This document shows, one piece after another, positions 1 through 9,540 of a stretch of DNA of 64,000 bases. Position 1 is the first letter of the stretch; the number at the start of each line of letters is the position of its first letter. The notes beneath the pieces are model-generated. The model saw only the letters and a list, made by a program, of their open reading frames with translations, did no database searches and was not told the origin of the DNA. The position numbers and the translations under genes were made by a program. Source of the stretch: an uncultured Spirochaetota bacterium (GTDB taxonomy: Bacteria > Spirochaetota > B62-G9 > CAZFGQ01); contig CAZFGQ010000003.1 of the NCBI GenBank assembly GCA_964518675.1, positions 759 to 64,758 on the forward strand. Direction: 5' to 3'.

Positions 1-199
1 GAACGACACAGGCAATTATAACATCCGAAATATCTTCAAATGCGAATCCCCTATCAGCCATAATGGATTTTATTAACATTGCATATTCATCCGGCATCTT
101 CTCTGAAACTGTTCTGAGTCTGAACTTTGCCCGCCATTCTCCTTTTTCCCATAACCCTATCACAATATTTGTATTTCCTATATCAATACAGCACAGCAT
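1..199 (-). CDS. coaX: Type III pantothenate kinase, N-terminal part (runs off the window edge; not in the supplied ORF track)
   Basis: Manual translation from ATG at 199 (GGAGG 8 nt upstream) gives MLCCIDIGNTNIVIGLWEKGEWRAKFRLRTVSEKMPDEYAMLIK, with the CoaX IDIGNTN and T.DEY motifs. Confidence 0.88.
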   Translation of the reverse strand, partial: MLCCIDIGNTNIVIGLWEKGEWRAKFRLRTVSEKMPDEYAMLIKSIMADRGFAFEDISDVIIACVV

Positions 200-218
200 A
201 CGACACACCTCCCTAACT

Positions 219-773
219 CTATATTTTTGGACCTCCCTTTTTCCTCTCAATCCCAAAGAAAACAGAAACTACCGCTGTAACAATAACAGCAGCAACACCA
301 CTCTCGGGGAGTCCATTAACACCGGCAATAATAAGAATTGTATTCCAGGGAAGTTTTTTCAAAAGGCCAAGGATAGAAAGGACAAGAATAGTATTCGTTA
401 GAGAACCGCTTATACCCGCAGCTGCTGCTGCAAAATGCCTGCTCAAATTGCTTAAAGGCCTGTACACCAGCCATGCAATTACACCAATCCATAGTCTGGG
501 AAAAATTGAAACAAGTGGATTAACAAACCAGACATCAGCAGGCCCGGTTGGAGCAATAGCAGCCTGAATAAGGCTGAACAGACCAAATATGAATCCTGTT
601 ACTAAACCAACCACGGGCCCTTCAAGAACGGCACCTATAATTACGGGTACGTGCATTATCGTGAGGGAAACTCCGGCAAACCATGGGATAAAACCCAGTC
701 TCGTTGCACCGAGAATAACAGAAATTGCCCCCATACTTCCCGCAATAACAATTTTCCTCGTTTTTGGATTCAT
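219..773 (-). CDS. panT: ECF transporter S component, probably pantothenate-specific (PanT family)
   Basis: Hydrophobic 184-aa protein with LGFIP...TIMHVPVIIGAVLEGPVVG. It lies between ecfT and coaX, which supports the substrate call. Confidence 0.75.
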   Translation of the reverse strand: MNPKTRKIVIAGSMGAISVILGATRLGFIPWFAGVSLTIMHVPVIIGAVLEGPVVGLVTGFIFGLFSLIQAAIAPTGPADVWFVNPLVSIFPRLWIGVIAWLVYRPLSNLSRHFAAAAAGISGSLTNTILVLSILGLLKKLPWNTILIIAGVNGLPESGVAAVIVTAVVSVFFGIERKKGGPKI

Positions 774-808
774 CCGGTTCCTCCTTGATAATTTTTGATA
801 TTTATTAA

Positions 809-974
809 TAGGGCGAACTTCGAGTTTTCATTATTAGACGCAAATTATTGCTGCAAAATAAAAAAAATCAACAGATATTTGTATAAATTGTTCGAAGTTC
901 GCCGGCACTGCTACATTTTTGGTACTATTTTGCATTAAGATTTCTATTTTTCAGAAAACTCGACATTCGTTCTA
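809..974. repeat. MITE-like element, copy 1 (imperfect terminal inverted repeats, TA at both ends)
   Basis: Left end TAGGGCGAACTTCGAGTTTTC versus right end GAAAACTCGACATTCGTTCTA (17/21 complementary). Colinear with a second copy at 5292-5454. Confidence 0.7.
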
Positions 975-995
975 ATATCAAAGCATAAAGTTAAA

Positions 996-1871
996 TCAAC
1001 CCTTGAAAACTAACCCCCAGCATCCTGCGTCGATCCCGGAAGCCACGATCCCTGCTACTGCGACCATTACAACCAGTGCAAAAAATAAAAAAATATAATC
1101 ACCCGAATTTCTTTCTGGTCTGTAATAAAAACTCCTGGGACCCATACCATAACATCTTGCCTCCATCGCAATTGCAAGTGTGTAGCTATCCCTAATTGTT
1201 TTTACAAAAACCGGTACAAAAAGAGGGAGCAAATTCTTTGCTTTCTTCAGGGGATTTTTAACCCTGGAATCAATTTCTGCACCCCTGGAGATCTGAGCCC
1301 TCATCAGCTTCTGTGTATCATAGATAAGTACCGGGATAAACCTCAGTGCAATAGTAAAAACCATAATTAGATCATCAACAGGAGCTTTAAGTTTTTTAAG
1401 GGGTTTCAAAACTGTATAAAGTCCCTTCAGGCTCTGCCCAGAAGTCGTTGTAAGGAAATAAATACTCACAAGATATACGAGGAAAATAAACCTCACCAGA
1501 AGAAGGTATCCGCTTATTAGTCCCCTGTCGGTAAGAACCACAAAGCGCCAGCTCCAGATTATTATCGCTCCCGATCTGAGAGATGGAATAGCAAAAACCT
1601 GTATCAGCAGGATCACAATTATAAATGGAGAGATTTTAAATATTCCTTTCAGTATATTTACAGCTCTTGTTCTTGAAATCCAAATGAGAATTATATCTGC
1701 AAAAAATAAAATCACAGTTGAAGGTATACCCTTTGAGATAAGAATCCCTGCAAAAAAAAGAAGAAAAGCAATAATTTTTATCTCAGGTGAACATCTGTGC
1801 AAATAGCTTCTTTTCTTTATATATTCAATCCCAAATCCGGGAATCAAACCACCAGAAGGTTTTCTCTTCAT
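996..1871 (-). CDS. ecfT: ECF transporter transmembrane component T
   Basis: LHRCSPEIK N-terminus, TIALRFIPVL, AQISRGA and LAIAMEARCY motifs of EcfT/CbiQ. Confidence 0.93.
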   Translation of the reverse strand: MKRKPSGGLIPGFGIEYIKKRSYLHRCSPEIKIIAFLLFFAGILISKGIPSTVILFFADIILIWISRTRAVNILKGIFKISPFIIVILLIQVFAIPSLRSGAIIIWSWRFVVLTDRGLISGYLLLVRFIFLVYLVSIYFLTTTSGQSLKGLYTVLKPLKKLKAPVDDLIMVFTIALRFIPVLIYDTQKLMRAQISRGAEIDSRVKNPLKKAKNLLPLFVPVFVKTIRDSYTLAIAMEARCYGMGPRSFYYRPERNSGDYIFLFFALVVMVAVAGIVASGIDAGCWGLVFKG

Positions 1872-1890
1872 TTTGGAACCTCTTATAACC

Positions 1891-2736
1891 TCACCTTAAA
1901 ATCTCATCTAGTGCATCTAATAACTGCCCAACATTAATAATACCATCCCCCAACGGCAACCCAGCTTTCCGCATGGAAAAGGCAAGCTCGGAGACTACCG
2001 GAGGCTCAAAACCATGTTTAGCCAATGTATCAGGATTATTGCACAGATCCTCAACCCGGCCTGTATAGACTACCCTGCCCTCATCAAGGATATAAACTCT
2101 CTGGCAAACATCCACCACATCCTCGATACGGTGAGAAACCAGAATTATTGATATTCCCCCGGCTCTGAGCCTTCTAAGCATCTCAAGGACTCTTCTTCTC
2201 GTAAGAGGATCGAGCCCGGATGTGGGTTCATCAAGAACAAGCACTTCAGGCTCAAGTGCCAGAACCCCTGCTATGGCACCCAGCCTCTTCTGTCCGAAAC
2301 TGAGTTTTGTGATAAACCTATCCTTTAAGCTCCTGTCAAGCCCCACCATATTCATCACTCTGAAAACAATTTCTCTTGCCTCCTCAATTGTTTTCCCATA
2401 TTTCAACGGGCCAAAGGCAATATCATCCCCAAGGTACCTCTCAAAAAGCTGATCCTCCGGGTTCTGAAAAACAATGCCAATGCGTTTTCTGATTTTATGG
2501 AGGTTTACATCTCCGGAATTAATATCAACTCCGAAGACCCTAACAGAACCCGAAGACGGGCTAAGCAACCCATTCAGATGATACAGAAAAGTTGATTTCC
2601 CTGAGCCAGTTTTCCCAATTATTCCCACAGATTCTCCTGCCTCGAGATAAAAATCAACATCCTTCAGTACGTGAAGTTGATTTTTCGTACCGTAATTGTA
2701 GAAAAAGTTCAATTTATCTATCTCCACTACCTTCAT
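1891..2736 (-). CDS. ecfA2: ECF transporter ATPase A2
   Basis: Walker A GKTGSGKST, VFQNPEDQLF, LSFGQKR, VLDEPTSGLDP. Confidence 0.92.
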   Translation of the reverse strand: MKVVEIDKLNFFYNYGTKNQLHVLKDVDFYLEAGESVGIIGKTGSGKSTFLYHLNGLLSPSSGSVRVFGVDINSGDVNLHKIRKRIGIVFQNPEDQLFERYLGDDIAFGPLKYGKTIEEAREIVFRVMNMVGLDRSLKDRFITKLSFGQKRLGAIAGVLALEPEVLVLDEPTSGLDPLTRRRVLEMLRRLRAGGISIILVSHRIEDVVDVCQRVYILDEGRVVYTGRVEDLCNNPDTLAKHGFEPPVVSELAFSMRKAGLPLGDGIINVGQLLDALDEILR

Positions 2737-2909
2737 AACATTCCCCTAACACTCTATATTTCATCCTTTTTACCTAATACACTTATAACCTCTCATCATT
2801 ACATCTATCTGAGCTTTTCTCAAGTAATAGCATTCATCGACGTTTTCCAGTGTTATTCGTTCTGGAGTAATGCTTACTTTAGACTCTGCCATTTCTCCAT
2901 CAATATGAT

Positions 2910-3779
2910 TCATGAACTATTTCCATGTATCTGCTTGAGCACGTCCTCGATAAGTTCAGTTTTGCTCCTGTAAAAATCTTTTAAACCTTTCCAGTATTTT
3001 TTGAGCTCCCTGGCAAGAACCAGCACCTCAGGCAATTCAAGATTTGATAGGTATATCTCGTTACCTGAAAAAACAATCTGAGGTACATCGTTAACCAGAA
3101 TCACTCCGTCCTTAAGCACTACAATTCTATCAGCAATTAAAGCCTCTTCCATTGAATGTGTAGCCAGAATAATCCCCATACCTGCATGCCACAATTCAAG
3201 CACAAGTTCAAATACCATCTTTTTTGATTCGGGATCAAGCATGGAAGTGGGTTCATCCAGCAGGAGCCATCGCGGTTTCATTGTAACAGCAGATCCAATC
3301 GCCAGCATCTGTTTCTGCCCACCTGAGAGAGTATGAGAATCTCTCTCCTTTAAATCCCAGATACCAACTTTTTTTGAAGCTTCCTCAATTCTTTTCTCTA
3401 TCTCATCGTATGGAAGACCCAGATTCTCTGGTCCGAAGGCAAGGTCCTCTTCAACGGTTGTTCCAACTATCTGAGCTTCTGGAACCTGAAATACCATCTG
3501 AACCCATTGCCTTATCCTAATCAGCTTATCAGGATCAGATGTAGCAAGCCCATCGACAAGAACACTTCCTCTATCTGGAAGAAGTAGACCATTTAAAATT
3601 TTTAGAAGGGTCGATTTACCAGATCCATTTGCTCCAACAATAGCAATAAACTCACCCTCCCAGGCCTGTAGATTTATATCCTTTAGAACCCATTTATTAT
3701 CATTCAAATTATCATAACGAAAATATACGCCATCCACCTTTATCAACCCTTTACTTTTCTTAAAACCCACCGGTTTCAT
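2910..3779 (-). CDS. ecfA1: ECF transporter ATPase A1
   Basis: GANGSGKST, VFQVPEAQIVGTTVEEDLAFGPENLG, LSGGQKQ, LLDEPTSMLDP. Confidence 0.92.
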   Translation of the reverse strand: MKPVGFKKSKGLIKVDGVYFRYDNLNDNKWVLKDINLQAWEGEFIAIVGANGSGKSTLLKILNGLLLPDRGSVLVDGLATSDPDKLIRIRQWVQMVFQVPEAQIVGTTVEEDLAFGPENLGLPYDEIEKRIEEASKKVGIWDLKERDSHTLSGGQKQMLAIGSAVTMKPRWLLLDEPTSMLDPESKKMVFELVLELWHAGMGIILATHSMEEALIADRIVVLKDGVILVNDVPQIVFSGNEIYLSNLELPEVLVLARELKKYWKGLKDFYRSKTELIEDVLKQIHGNSS

Positions 3780-3917
3780 ATCTTCAGATCCTTTAAGGGT
3801 ATAATGGATATACCAGCATGCAGAAACTTAAAATCAGACGTTACTACTCTTTACTTTTATAACTATGTTTACTTAAAAATTTTTTTACCACTGAGCTGTT
3901 TTATCCAACAGTCAAGC

Positions 3918-3999
3918 GAGACAAATCGGGAAGATACAACCTGGAAAGAAAAATAAATTACTCTTAAAGGCAGGTTGTTTGCTCCATCCCGGTTGTCTC
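3918..3999 (-). promoter_or_regulatory. Long imperfect hairpin in the putative 5' leader of the ecfA1-ecfA2-ecfT-panT-coaX operon
   Basis: Paired arms GAGACAA/TTGTCTC, CGGG/CCCG and ACAACCTG/CAGGTTGT. A possible sigma70 promoter (TTGTAA-N18-TATAAC, extended -10) lies at 4083-4112 on the minus strand. Confidence 0.4.
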
Positions 4000-4230
4000 G
4001 GTCTTCTTAAAGATCCAAGCAACCTTTCCTCCTCTCAGAGCAAATTTCAAATTAATAAAAAATCTTTTATTAAAGTGTGAAGGTTATAACATCCTAAAAA
4101 TATTTTTTACAAATATCAATGTACTATAATAATCAATATTTTGAAAAATACAAGTACAAAATTATCTCCCGTTCATCACAAACCCTACAACTGCAAACCA
4201 CAACGGTTAAAGCTGAATTAATATATAAAT

Positions 4231-5181
4231 TCAATGATAATTTAAAACTTTTTCTGCAGTATTTTCATCGGTTATAGTAACATTAATATGTTTTCCTCTC
4301 AGTGCTCCTACCAGAGGTTCAACCTTATTATCTCCACATGCTACACCAATTCTGATGCTTATATACCTGAGATTTTCCAGAGCAAAAGAAATGATTCTTT
4401 CACTCAACTCTGATTTTACAGGTTTCCCCTCTATATCAAAATGGCAACCCATAACATCTCCAACAGCACCTAGAGCTTTGAGCATTTTCATATCCCTGTC
4501 AGAGAGTGAACCACCAATTAAAAGAGAGGAGGAAGGCCCTAGATCACCTACCCCGAGAAGAGCTATACGGCAGTTTTTAGCGGTTTCAATAACCTGCCTT
4601 ATACTGCTCTCGGTTAACAGTGCTTTTTTTATCTCAGGAGATTCTACCACAGCAGGGGTATTCAGCCATAGGCCCCTTGCACCCAGTTTCGATGCTATCA
4701 GTTTGACTATCTCCTGGGGGTTCAACTCCTGACCGGCGTTCATTCCACCTATAAGCTGGATAACAGTCAGATCCTTGAATTTATTGAAATGGATCTGTTT
4801 TCCTACCTCATAAACTGTTGTTCCCCAGCTAACGCCTATTACATCTCCATTTCTCAAGATTTTCTCCAGATACTGAACAGCCGCCTTACCTACCGCATGT
4901 TTCGTAGCTTCAAGATCATCTGCCGAAGGAACAACTATAGCTTCCCGGAGATCAAATATATCCTTGAGCCTTTTCTCCTTTTCTATACAGGCGCTCCTGG
5001 TTATGGAGACCTTTACTATACCTTCATCACGAGCCCTGGCAAGTAGCCTGACAACCTTTGAACGCGAAAAACCAAGTTTTTCTCCTATCTCGGCCTGGGT
5101 CATCCCTTCTTCATAGTAGTACCACGAAACCCTTGCCATTAACTCTTCATCATCACTCCAGCTTACCGTCACCTCTTCCAC
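4231..5181 (-). CDS. Sugar-binding transcriptional regulator, SorC/DeoR(Bacillus)/LsrR family
   Basis: N-terminal HTH (ARVSWYYYEEGMTQAEIGEKLGFSRSKVVRLLARARDEGIVKV) plus sugar-binding domain (IGVSWGTT, GAVGDVMGCHFD, ALRGKHINVTITDE). Confidence 0.9.
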   Translation of the reverse strand: MEEVTVSWSDDEELMARVSWYYYEEGMTQAEIGEKLGFSRSKVVRLLARARDEGIVKVSITRSACIEKEKRLKDIFDLREAIVVPSADDLEATKHAVGKAAVQYLEKILRNGDVIGVSWGTTVYEVGKQIHFNKFKDLTVIQLIGGMNAGQELNPQEIVKLIASKLGARGLWLNTPAVVESPEIKKALLTESSIRQVIETAKNCRIALLGVGDLGPSSSLLIGGSLSDRDMKMLKALGAVGDVMGCHFDIEGKPVKSELSERIISFALENLRYISIRIGVACGDNKVEPLVGALRGKHINVTITDENTAEKVLNYH

Positions 5182-5291
5182 CCTTTATGATATATACATG
5201 CATCTACTCAGTAGCATTAAATTAAAATTGTTTACATTTTGCCTCTAATTTTCTACTTTTCCTAAAGCCTTATACTGGAAAATTGAATTAC

Positions 5292-5454
5292 TAGGGCGAA
5301 CTTCGAGTTTTCATTTTAAAAAGCAAATTATTAATACAAAGTAAAGAAATCGACAAATATTTATTTAGATTGTTTGAAGTTCTCCGGCACTGCAATACTT
5401 CTAATTTTATTATGCATTAAGATTTCTATATTTCAGGAAACTCGACGTTCGCTA
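5292..5454. repeat. MITE-like element, copy 2
   Basis: First 24 nt identical to copy 1. Shared internal blocks GCAAATTATT, CCGGCACTGC and TGCATTAAGATTTCTAT. Right end GAAACTCGACGTTCGCTA. Confidence 0.7.
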
Positions 5455-5484
5455 TTTTATCTAAAATAATATAAAAAAATGTAC

Positions 5485-5502
5485 ATTACAAATATTTGTA
5501 AT
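5485..5502. promoter_or_regulatory. Perfect 18-bp palindrome, candidate operator upstream of add
   Basis: ATTACAAATATTTGTAAT, in the divergent intergenic region between the SorC-family regulator and add. Confidence 0.45.
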
Positions 5503-5573
5503 ACTAAATGAAGATAATCATTCTAAAGAATTACTCTGGCTATCTTTCTCATCGAGAACGGGAGGTGTAAATA

Positions 5574-6707
5574 TTGATTAAAAAACCAGCAATAGATATA
5601 GAAGAAATCCGAAAGCTTCCCAAGGTACTCTTACACGACCATTTAGATGGAGGCCTGAGAACAGAAACAATAGTGGATCTGGCAAAAAACGAAAAAATAG
5701 ACCTCCCAACAAATGATCCAGGAGAACTCAGAAAATGGTTTTTCAGAGGAGCCAACAGAGGAAATCTAAGAGAATACCTCAGGGGATTTGAAATAACAAC
5801 GGCAGTCCTGCAAACTGAAGAAGCTCTGTACAGAGTGGCTTATGAAATGATGGAGGATATGAAAAATGATGGAGTCATATATATTGAGACAAGATTCTCC
5901 CCACTTTTTCATACAAAAAGAGGGCTTGGATACGACCAGATTGTAGAAGGTGTACTGAGGGGTTTGAAGGATGGAAGCAGAAAGTTCGGGGTTCAATTTG
6001 GGTTGATAATATGTGCAATGAGAAACATGGACCCATCAAAATCCCTCGAGATGGCCGAGTTAGCAGTCCGGTACAGAGAGCAGGGAGTGGTTGGGTTTGA
6101 CCTGGCCGGGGATGAGATAGGGTATCCTCCAAAAGAACATCTAAATGCCTTTTATTATATTCAGAGACACAATTTCTACATAACCATTCATGCAGGAGAG
6201 GCATTTGGAAAAGAATCCATATGGCAGGCGCTACAGTACTGTGGGACTCACAGAATCGGACACGGAATCCATCTCAAGGATGACATAATAACTGAAGGAG
6301 ATGAGATCATTGAGATGGGATATCTTGCCCAGTACGTCAGGGATAGAAGGATCCCACTTGAGATGTGTCTGTCAAGCAATCTTCATACAGGTTCAGTGCC
6401 CGACCTGAGGTACCATCCCTTCCCCATCTTTTACAGGCATGGGTTCAGAGTCACATTAAATACTGATAATCGACTCATGTCAGATACAACCCTCAGTAAG
6501 GAGTTCTATCTTGCATCAAAACACTATGGACTCGATCTTGAAGATATCGAGAAAATCACAATAAACAGCATGAAAAGTGCCTTTGTTCACTTTCCTCAAA
6601 GATTGGAATTAATATACAATAAAATAAAGCCTGGATTTGCCCGTTTCAGGAAGGGGCTCGAAATGGGCAGGGCTAAACAAGAAAAACTAAGAGGTAAGAA
6701 ACAATGA
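5574..6707 (+). CDS. add: Adenosine deaminase
   Basis: LPKVLLHDHLDGG, GFDLAGDE, TIHAGE, HRIGHG, LEMCLSSN and TLNTDN motifs. TTG start after GGAGGT. Confidence 0.93.
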   Translation: MIKKPAIDIEEIRKLPKVLLHDHLDGGLRTETIVDLAKNEKIDLPTNDPGELRKWFFRGANRGNLREYLRGFEITTAVLQTEEALYRVAYEMMEDMKNDGVIYIETRFSPLFHTKRGLGYDQIVEGVLRGLKDGSRKFGVQFGLIICAMRNMDPSKSLEMAELAVRYREQGVVGFDLAGDEIGYPPKEHLNAFYYIQRHNFYITIHAGEAFGKESIWQALQYCGTHRIGHGIHLKDDIITEGDEIIEMGYLAQYVRDRRIPLEMCLSSNLHTGSVPDLRYHPFPIFYRHGFRVTLNTDNRLMSDTTLSKEFYLASKHYGLDLEDIEKITINSMKSAFVHFPQRLELIYNKIKPGFARFRKGLEMGRAKQEKLRGKKQ

Positions 6708-7684
6708 AGGTCGATGTATTTGGATTGGGAAACCCTATCATTGACATTCTCGTTCATGTGGAGGGCGGTTTTATCGAAGAGCTGGGTCTCACAAAAGGAG
6801 CAATGCACCTTATAACTGAAAAGGATAAAAACGAATTACTTAATAGATTAGGTAAACAAAAACTTGAGGTAGAAGCAGGAGGTTCAGCACCAAATACAAT
6901 GGCTACCCTATCATTACTGGGCATCAATACGGGCATTGCCGGAAAAATAGGAAAAGACGAACTTGGAGATAAGTATCTAAGTATAATTGGCTCCAAAAAT
7001 GTAAAAAGTTATCTGAAAAGAGGCACCAGTGAAACAGGTACCAGTATAATTCTGATAACACCGGACAAAGAACGAACGATGAACACCTATCTAGGGGCCT
7101 GCAAGGAGTTTGGTCCGGAGGATTTACCTCCTGATTCCATAGAAGAAGCGAAGATTTTTTATTTTACGGGGTACATGTGGGACACCGAAAATCAGAAATC
7201 TGCCACAATGGAAGGCATAAAACGAGCAAAAAAGGCAGGTACACAGGTTGTTTTTGATGTGGCGGACCCTCTTGCTGTAGAAAGATACCGGGAGGATTTT
7301 CTAAACCTTATCGAAAACCACGTTGATATTCTTTTTGCAAATGCTGCTGAAGCAAAAATGTTAATGGAAAAAGAGCTGAATATGGCAGTAAAGGAGCTTT
7401 CCAAAATATGTAAGCTGGGGGTTATAAAGAACGGCGAAAAGAACAGTTTTATTTTTAATGAAGGAGAGATTATTGAAGTTCAGAGCTTTAAAACAGATGT
7501 GGTTGATACTACAGGAGCCGGTGATAACTACGCCGCAGGATTTCTTTACGGAATTCTTAAAGGATACTCTCTGAGAAAGTGTGGTGAAATTGCATCCTTT
7601 ATAGCATCAAAAACAATCGAAAAAGTTGGAGCTCATGCACCAGGCAACATAGCAAAACTGGTAAAAATATTACTCGGGAAATAA
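6704..7684 (+). CDS. PfkB-family kinase (adenosine/inosine kinase-like)
   Basis: GLGNPIIDI, AGGSAPNT, ERTMNTYLGA and C-terminal VDTTGAGDNYAAGFLYG signature. Overlaps the add stop codon. Confidence 0.88.
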   Translation: MKVDVFGLGNPIIDILVHVEGGFIEELGLTKGAMHLITEKDKNELLNRLGKQKLEVEAGGSAPNTMATLSLLGINTGIAGKIGKDELGDKYLSIIGSKNVKSYLKRGTSETGTSIILITPDKERTMNTYLGACKEFGPEDLPPDSIEEAKIFYFTGYMWDTENQKSATMEGIKRAKKAGTQVVFDVADPLAVERYREDFLNLIENHVDILFANAAEAKMLMEKELNMAVKELSKICKLGVIKNGEKNSFIFNEGEIIEVQSFKTDVVDTTGAGDNYAAGFLYGILKGYSLRKCGEIASFIASKTIEKVGAHAPGNIAKLVKILLGK

Positions 7685-7699
7685 AACCCAGAAAATAAA

Positions 7700-8425
7700 A
7701 TGTTTTCTCCAACACCTTATTTTAAAAACAAAGAAATACAGAGTTTGCTGAATACATCAAAACTAGTGTCCCTTGACCTGAATGGTTTGATAGTAGACGA
7801 CGAACCTGTACAGGTAATGGCTACAAATAAAGTATTCTCTCCCTATGGGGTTACCATCAACAATGAGTACTGGATCACTAATTGTGTTGGAAAAAATGCC
7901 CATAAATTCTTCGAAAAAATAATAAAAGATTTTAACATTGATAATCATCCAGAAATTAAACCTGTAAAAGAACTTGTAAGTTTAAAGAACAGGTATTATA
8001 TAGAACTCATCAAAGAAAAACTCAGTACAATTGTAAGGGAGGGAGTTTTAGAGTTCATCGATTATATTAATAGTAAAGTTTTTTTCAGAAAAGCAATAGT
8101 AACATCAGCTGAACCCGAAGAACTTGAAGCAATAGCTGGAGAAAAAGGTCTGAATATCACCGGTCTTTTTGATATCCTCATCACAGGGGCGGACGTAAAA
8201 AAAAGCAAACCTGATCCAGAAATTTATCTTAAACTCATAGAGAAAAGTAGAACAGCACCTGAGTTTATTATTGCATTCGAAGACAGCGAGGCCGGAGTAA
8301 AATCTGCTACAAAAGCAGGTATAAGATGCATAGCAGTTCCGAATAGGTTTACCAAACTTCAGGACTTCAGTTCTGCAACACTTGTTATCTCAAATCTTAC
8401 CCAAGATGCTGAGATCATAAGATAG
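7700..8425 (+). CDS. HAD-superfamily hydrolase (beta-PGM/CbbY-like)
   Basis: Motif I DLNGLIVDDEP, SKPDPEIY, AFEDSEAGVKSATKAG. Confidence 0.82.
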   Translation: MFSPTPYFKNKEIQSLLNTSKLVSLDLNGLIVDDEPVQVMATNKVFSPYGVTINNEYWITNCVGKNAHKFFEKIIKDFNIDNHPEIKPVKELVSLKNRYYIELIKEKLSTIVREGVLEFIDYINSKVFFRKAIVTSAEPEELEAIAGEKGLNITGLFDILITGADVKKSKPDPEIYLKLIEKSRTAPEFIIAFEDSEAGVKSATKAGIRCIAVPNRFTKLQDFSSATLVISNLTQDAEIIR

Positions 8426-8473
8426 AACAACCTTGTTATCACACGGATAAAAGCACAGAAAAGGAGCAATAAA

Positions 8474-9487
8474 TTGAGAGAAATAGAAAAATTAATGGCC
8501 AAGGGTAATAAATTTTTATCCACCAGGGTCCCAATCATGTGTGGGGCAATGACCTGGGTAAGTGATGTGCATCTAGTGAGGGCCGTAAACAGAGCAGGAG
8601 CCTTTGGAGTACTCGCCAGTGGAAATATGCCGCCAGAGCAATTGGAATCCAATATCGATGAACTAAAAAAAACCGATAAGATATTTGGTGTAAACCTCAT
8701 AACAATAGCTCCAAACTTTCAGAATCACTTGGAGATTGTATGCAGGAAAAAAGTAAGTCATATCATTTTTGCGGGTAGTTATCCCAAAGCTTCAGAGGTA
8801 AAAAAAGCCAAGGATAGCGGAGCAAAGGTACTCTGTTTTGCCCCAACCCAGCAGATTGCAGACAGGATGGTCAGCTTCGGTGCAGATGGAATCATTCTGG
8901 AAGGTTCAGAAGCAGGAGGACACATCGGACCGGTTTCCACAGTAGTTCTCATCCAGCAATTTCTATTTGAAATGAGAGAAATCCCAATATTTATTGCAGG
9001 CGGTATCGCCTCGGGGAAAATGGTTCTGCATCTTCTGCTGATGGGGGCAGCAGGTGTCCAAATGGGAACAAGATTTGTCCTTTCAAAGGAATGTACTGCA
9101 CATCAAAAATTTAAAGAAGCATTCATCCGCGCGCAGGCCAGAGATGCCATGGCTACCCCGCAATTCGATTCAGCTTTACCCGTTATTCCGGTAAGAGCTC
9201 TAAAAAATAAAGGGATGAAGAACTTTGCAAAACTCCAATTAGAGCTGCTTAAAAAACTTGAGGAAGGTAAGATAGATAGAACCCAGGCCCAGTATGAGGT
9301 AGAGAAATACTGGGTTGGTTCACTTCTAAGGGCTGTTCAGGAAGGGGATGTGGAGTTTGGATCACTTATGGCAGGCCAGAGTGTTGGTCTTGTTAAAGAA
9401 ATCAAATCTGTTAAAGAAATAATAGATGAAATTCTAAATGATATGGAAGAAGAGTTGGTAAAGGTCAAAAAAATGCTGGGAAACTAA
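8474..9487 (+). CDS. Nitronate monooxygenase / enoyl-ACP reductase II (FabK-like) flavoprotein
   Basis: PIMCGAMTWVS, EGSEAGGHIG, IAGGIASG, GVQMGTRF, GSLMAGQSVGLVKEI. Confidence 0.85.
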   Translation: MREIEKLMAKGNKFLSTRVPIMCGAMTWVSDVHLVRAVNRAGAFGVLASGNMPPEQLESNIDELKKTDKIFGVNLITIAPNFQNHLEIVCRKKVSHIIFAGSYPKASEVKKAKDSGAKVLCFAPTQQIADRMVSFGADGIILEGSEAGGHIGPVSTVVLIQQFLFEMREIPIFIAGGIASGKMVLHLLLMGAAGVQMGTRFVLSKECTAHQKFKEAFIRAQARDAMATPQFDSALPVIPVRALKNKGMKNFAKLQLELLKKLEEGKIDRTQAQYEVEKYWVGSLLRAVQEGDVEFGSLMAGQSVGLVKEIKSVKEIIDEILNDMEEELVKVKKMLGN

Positions 9488-9540
9488 GATAAAATCCTGG
9501 TAAAGATGCGACAGGAAGTTTTTCTCAAAATGTGAAACAA

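Noticed and set aside
2770-2901. 43-codon minus-strand ORF (MEKWQSLKVSITPERITLENVDECYYLRKAQIDVMMRGYKCIR) in the ecfA1-ecfA2 gap
   Set aside because: No clear Shine-Dalgarno or recognisable similarity; cannot be supported without conservation data.
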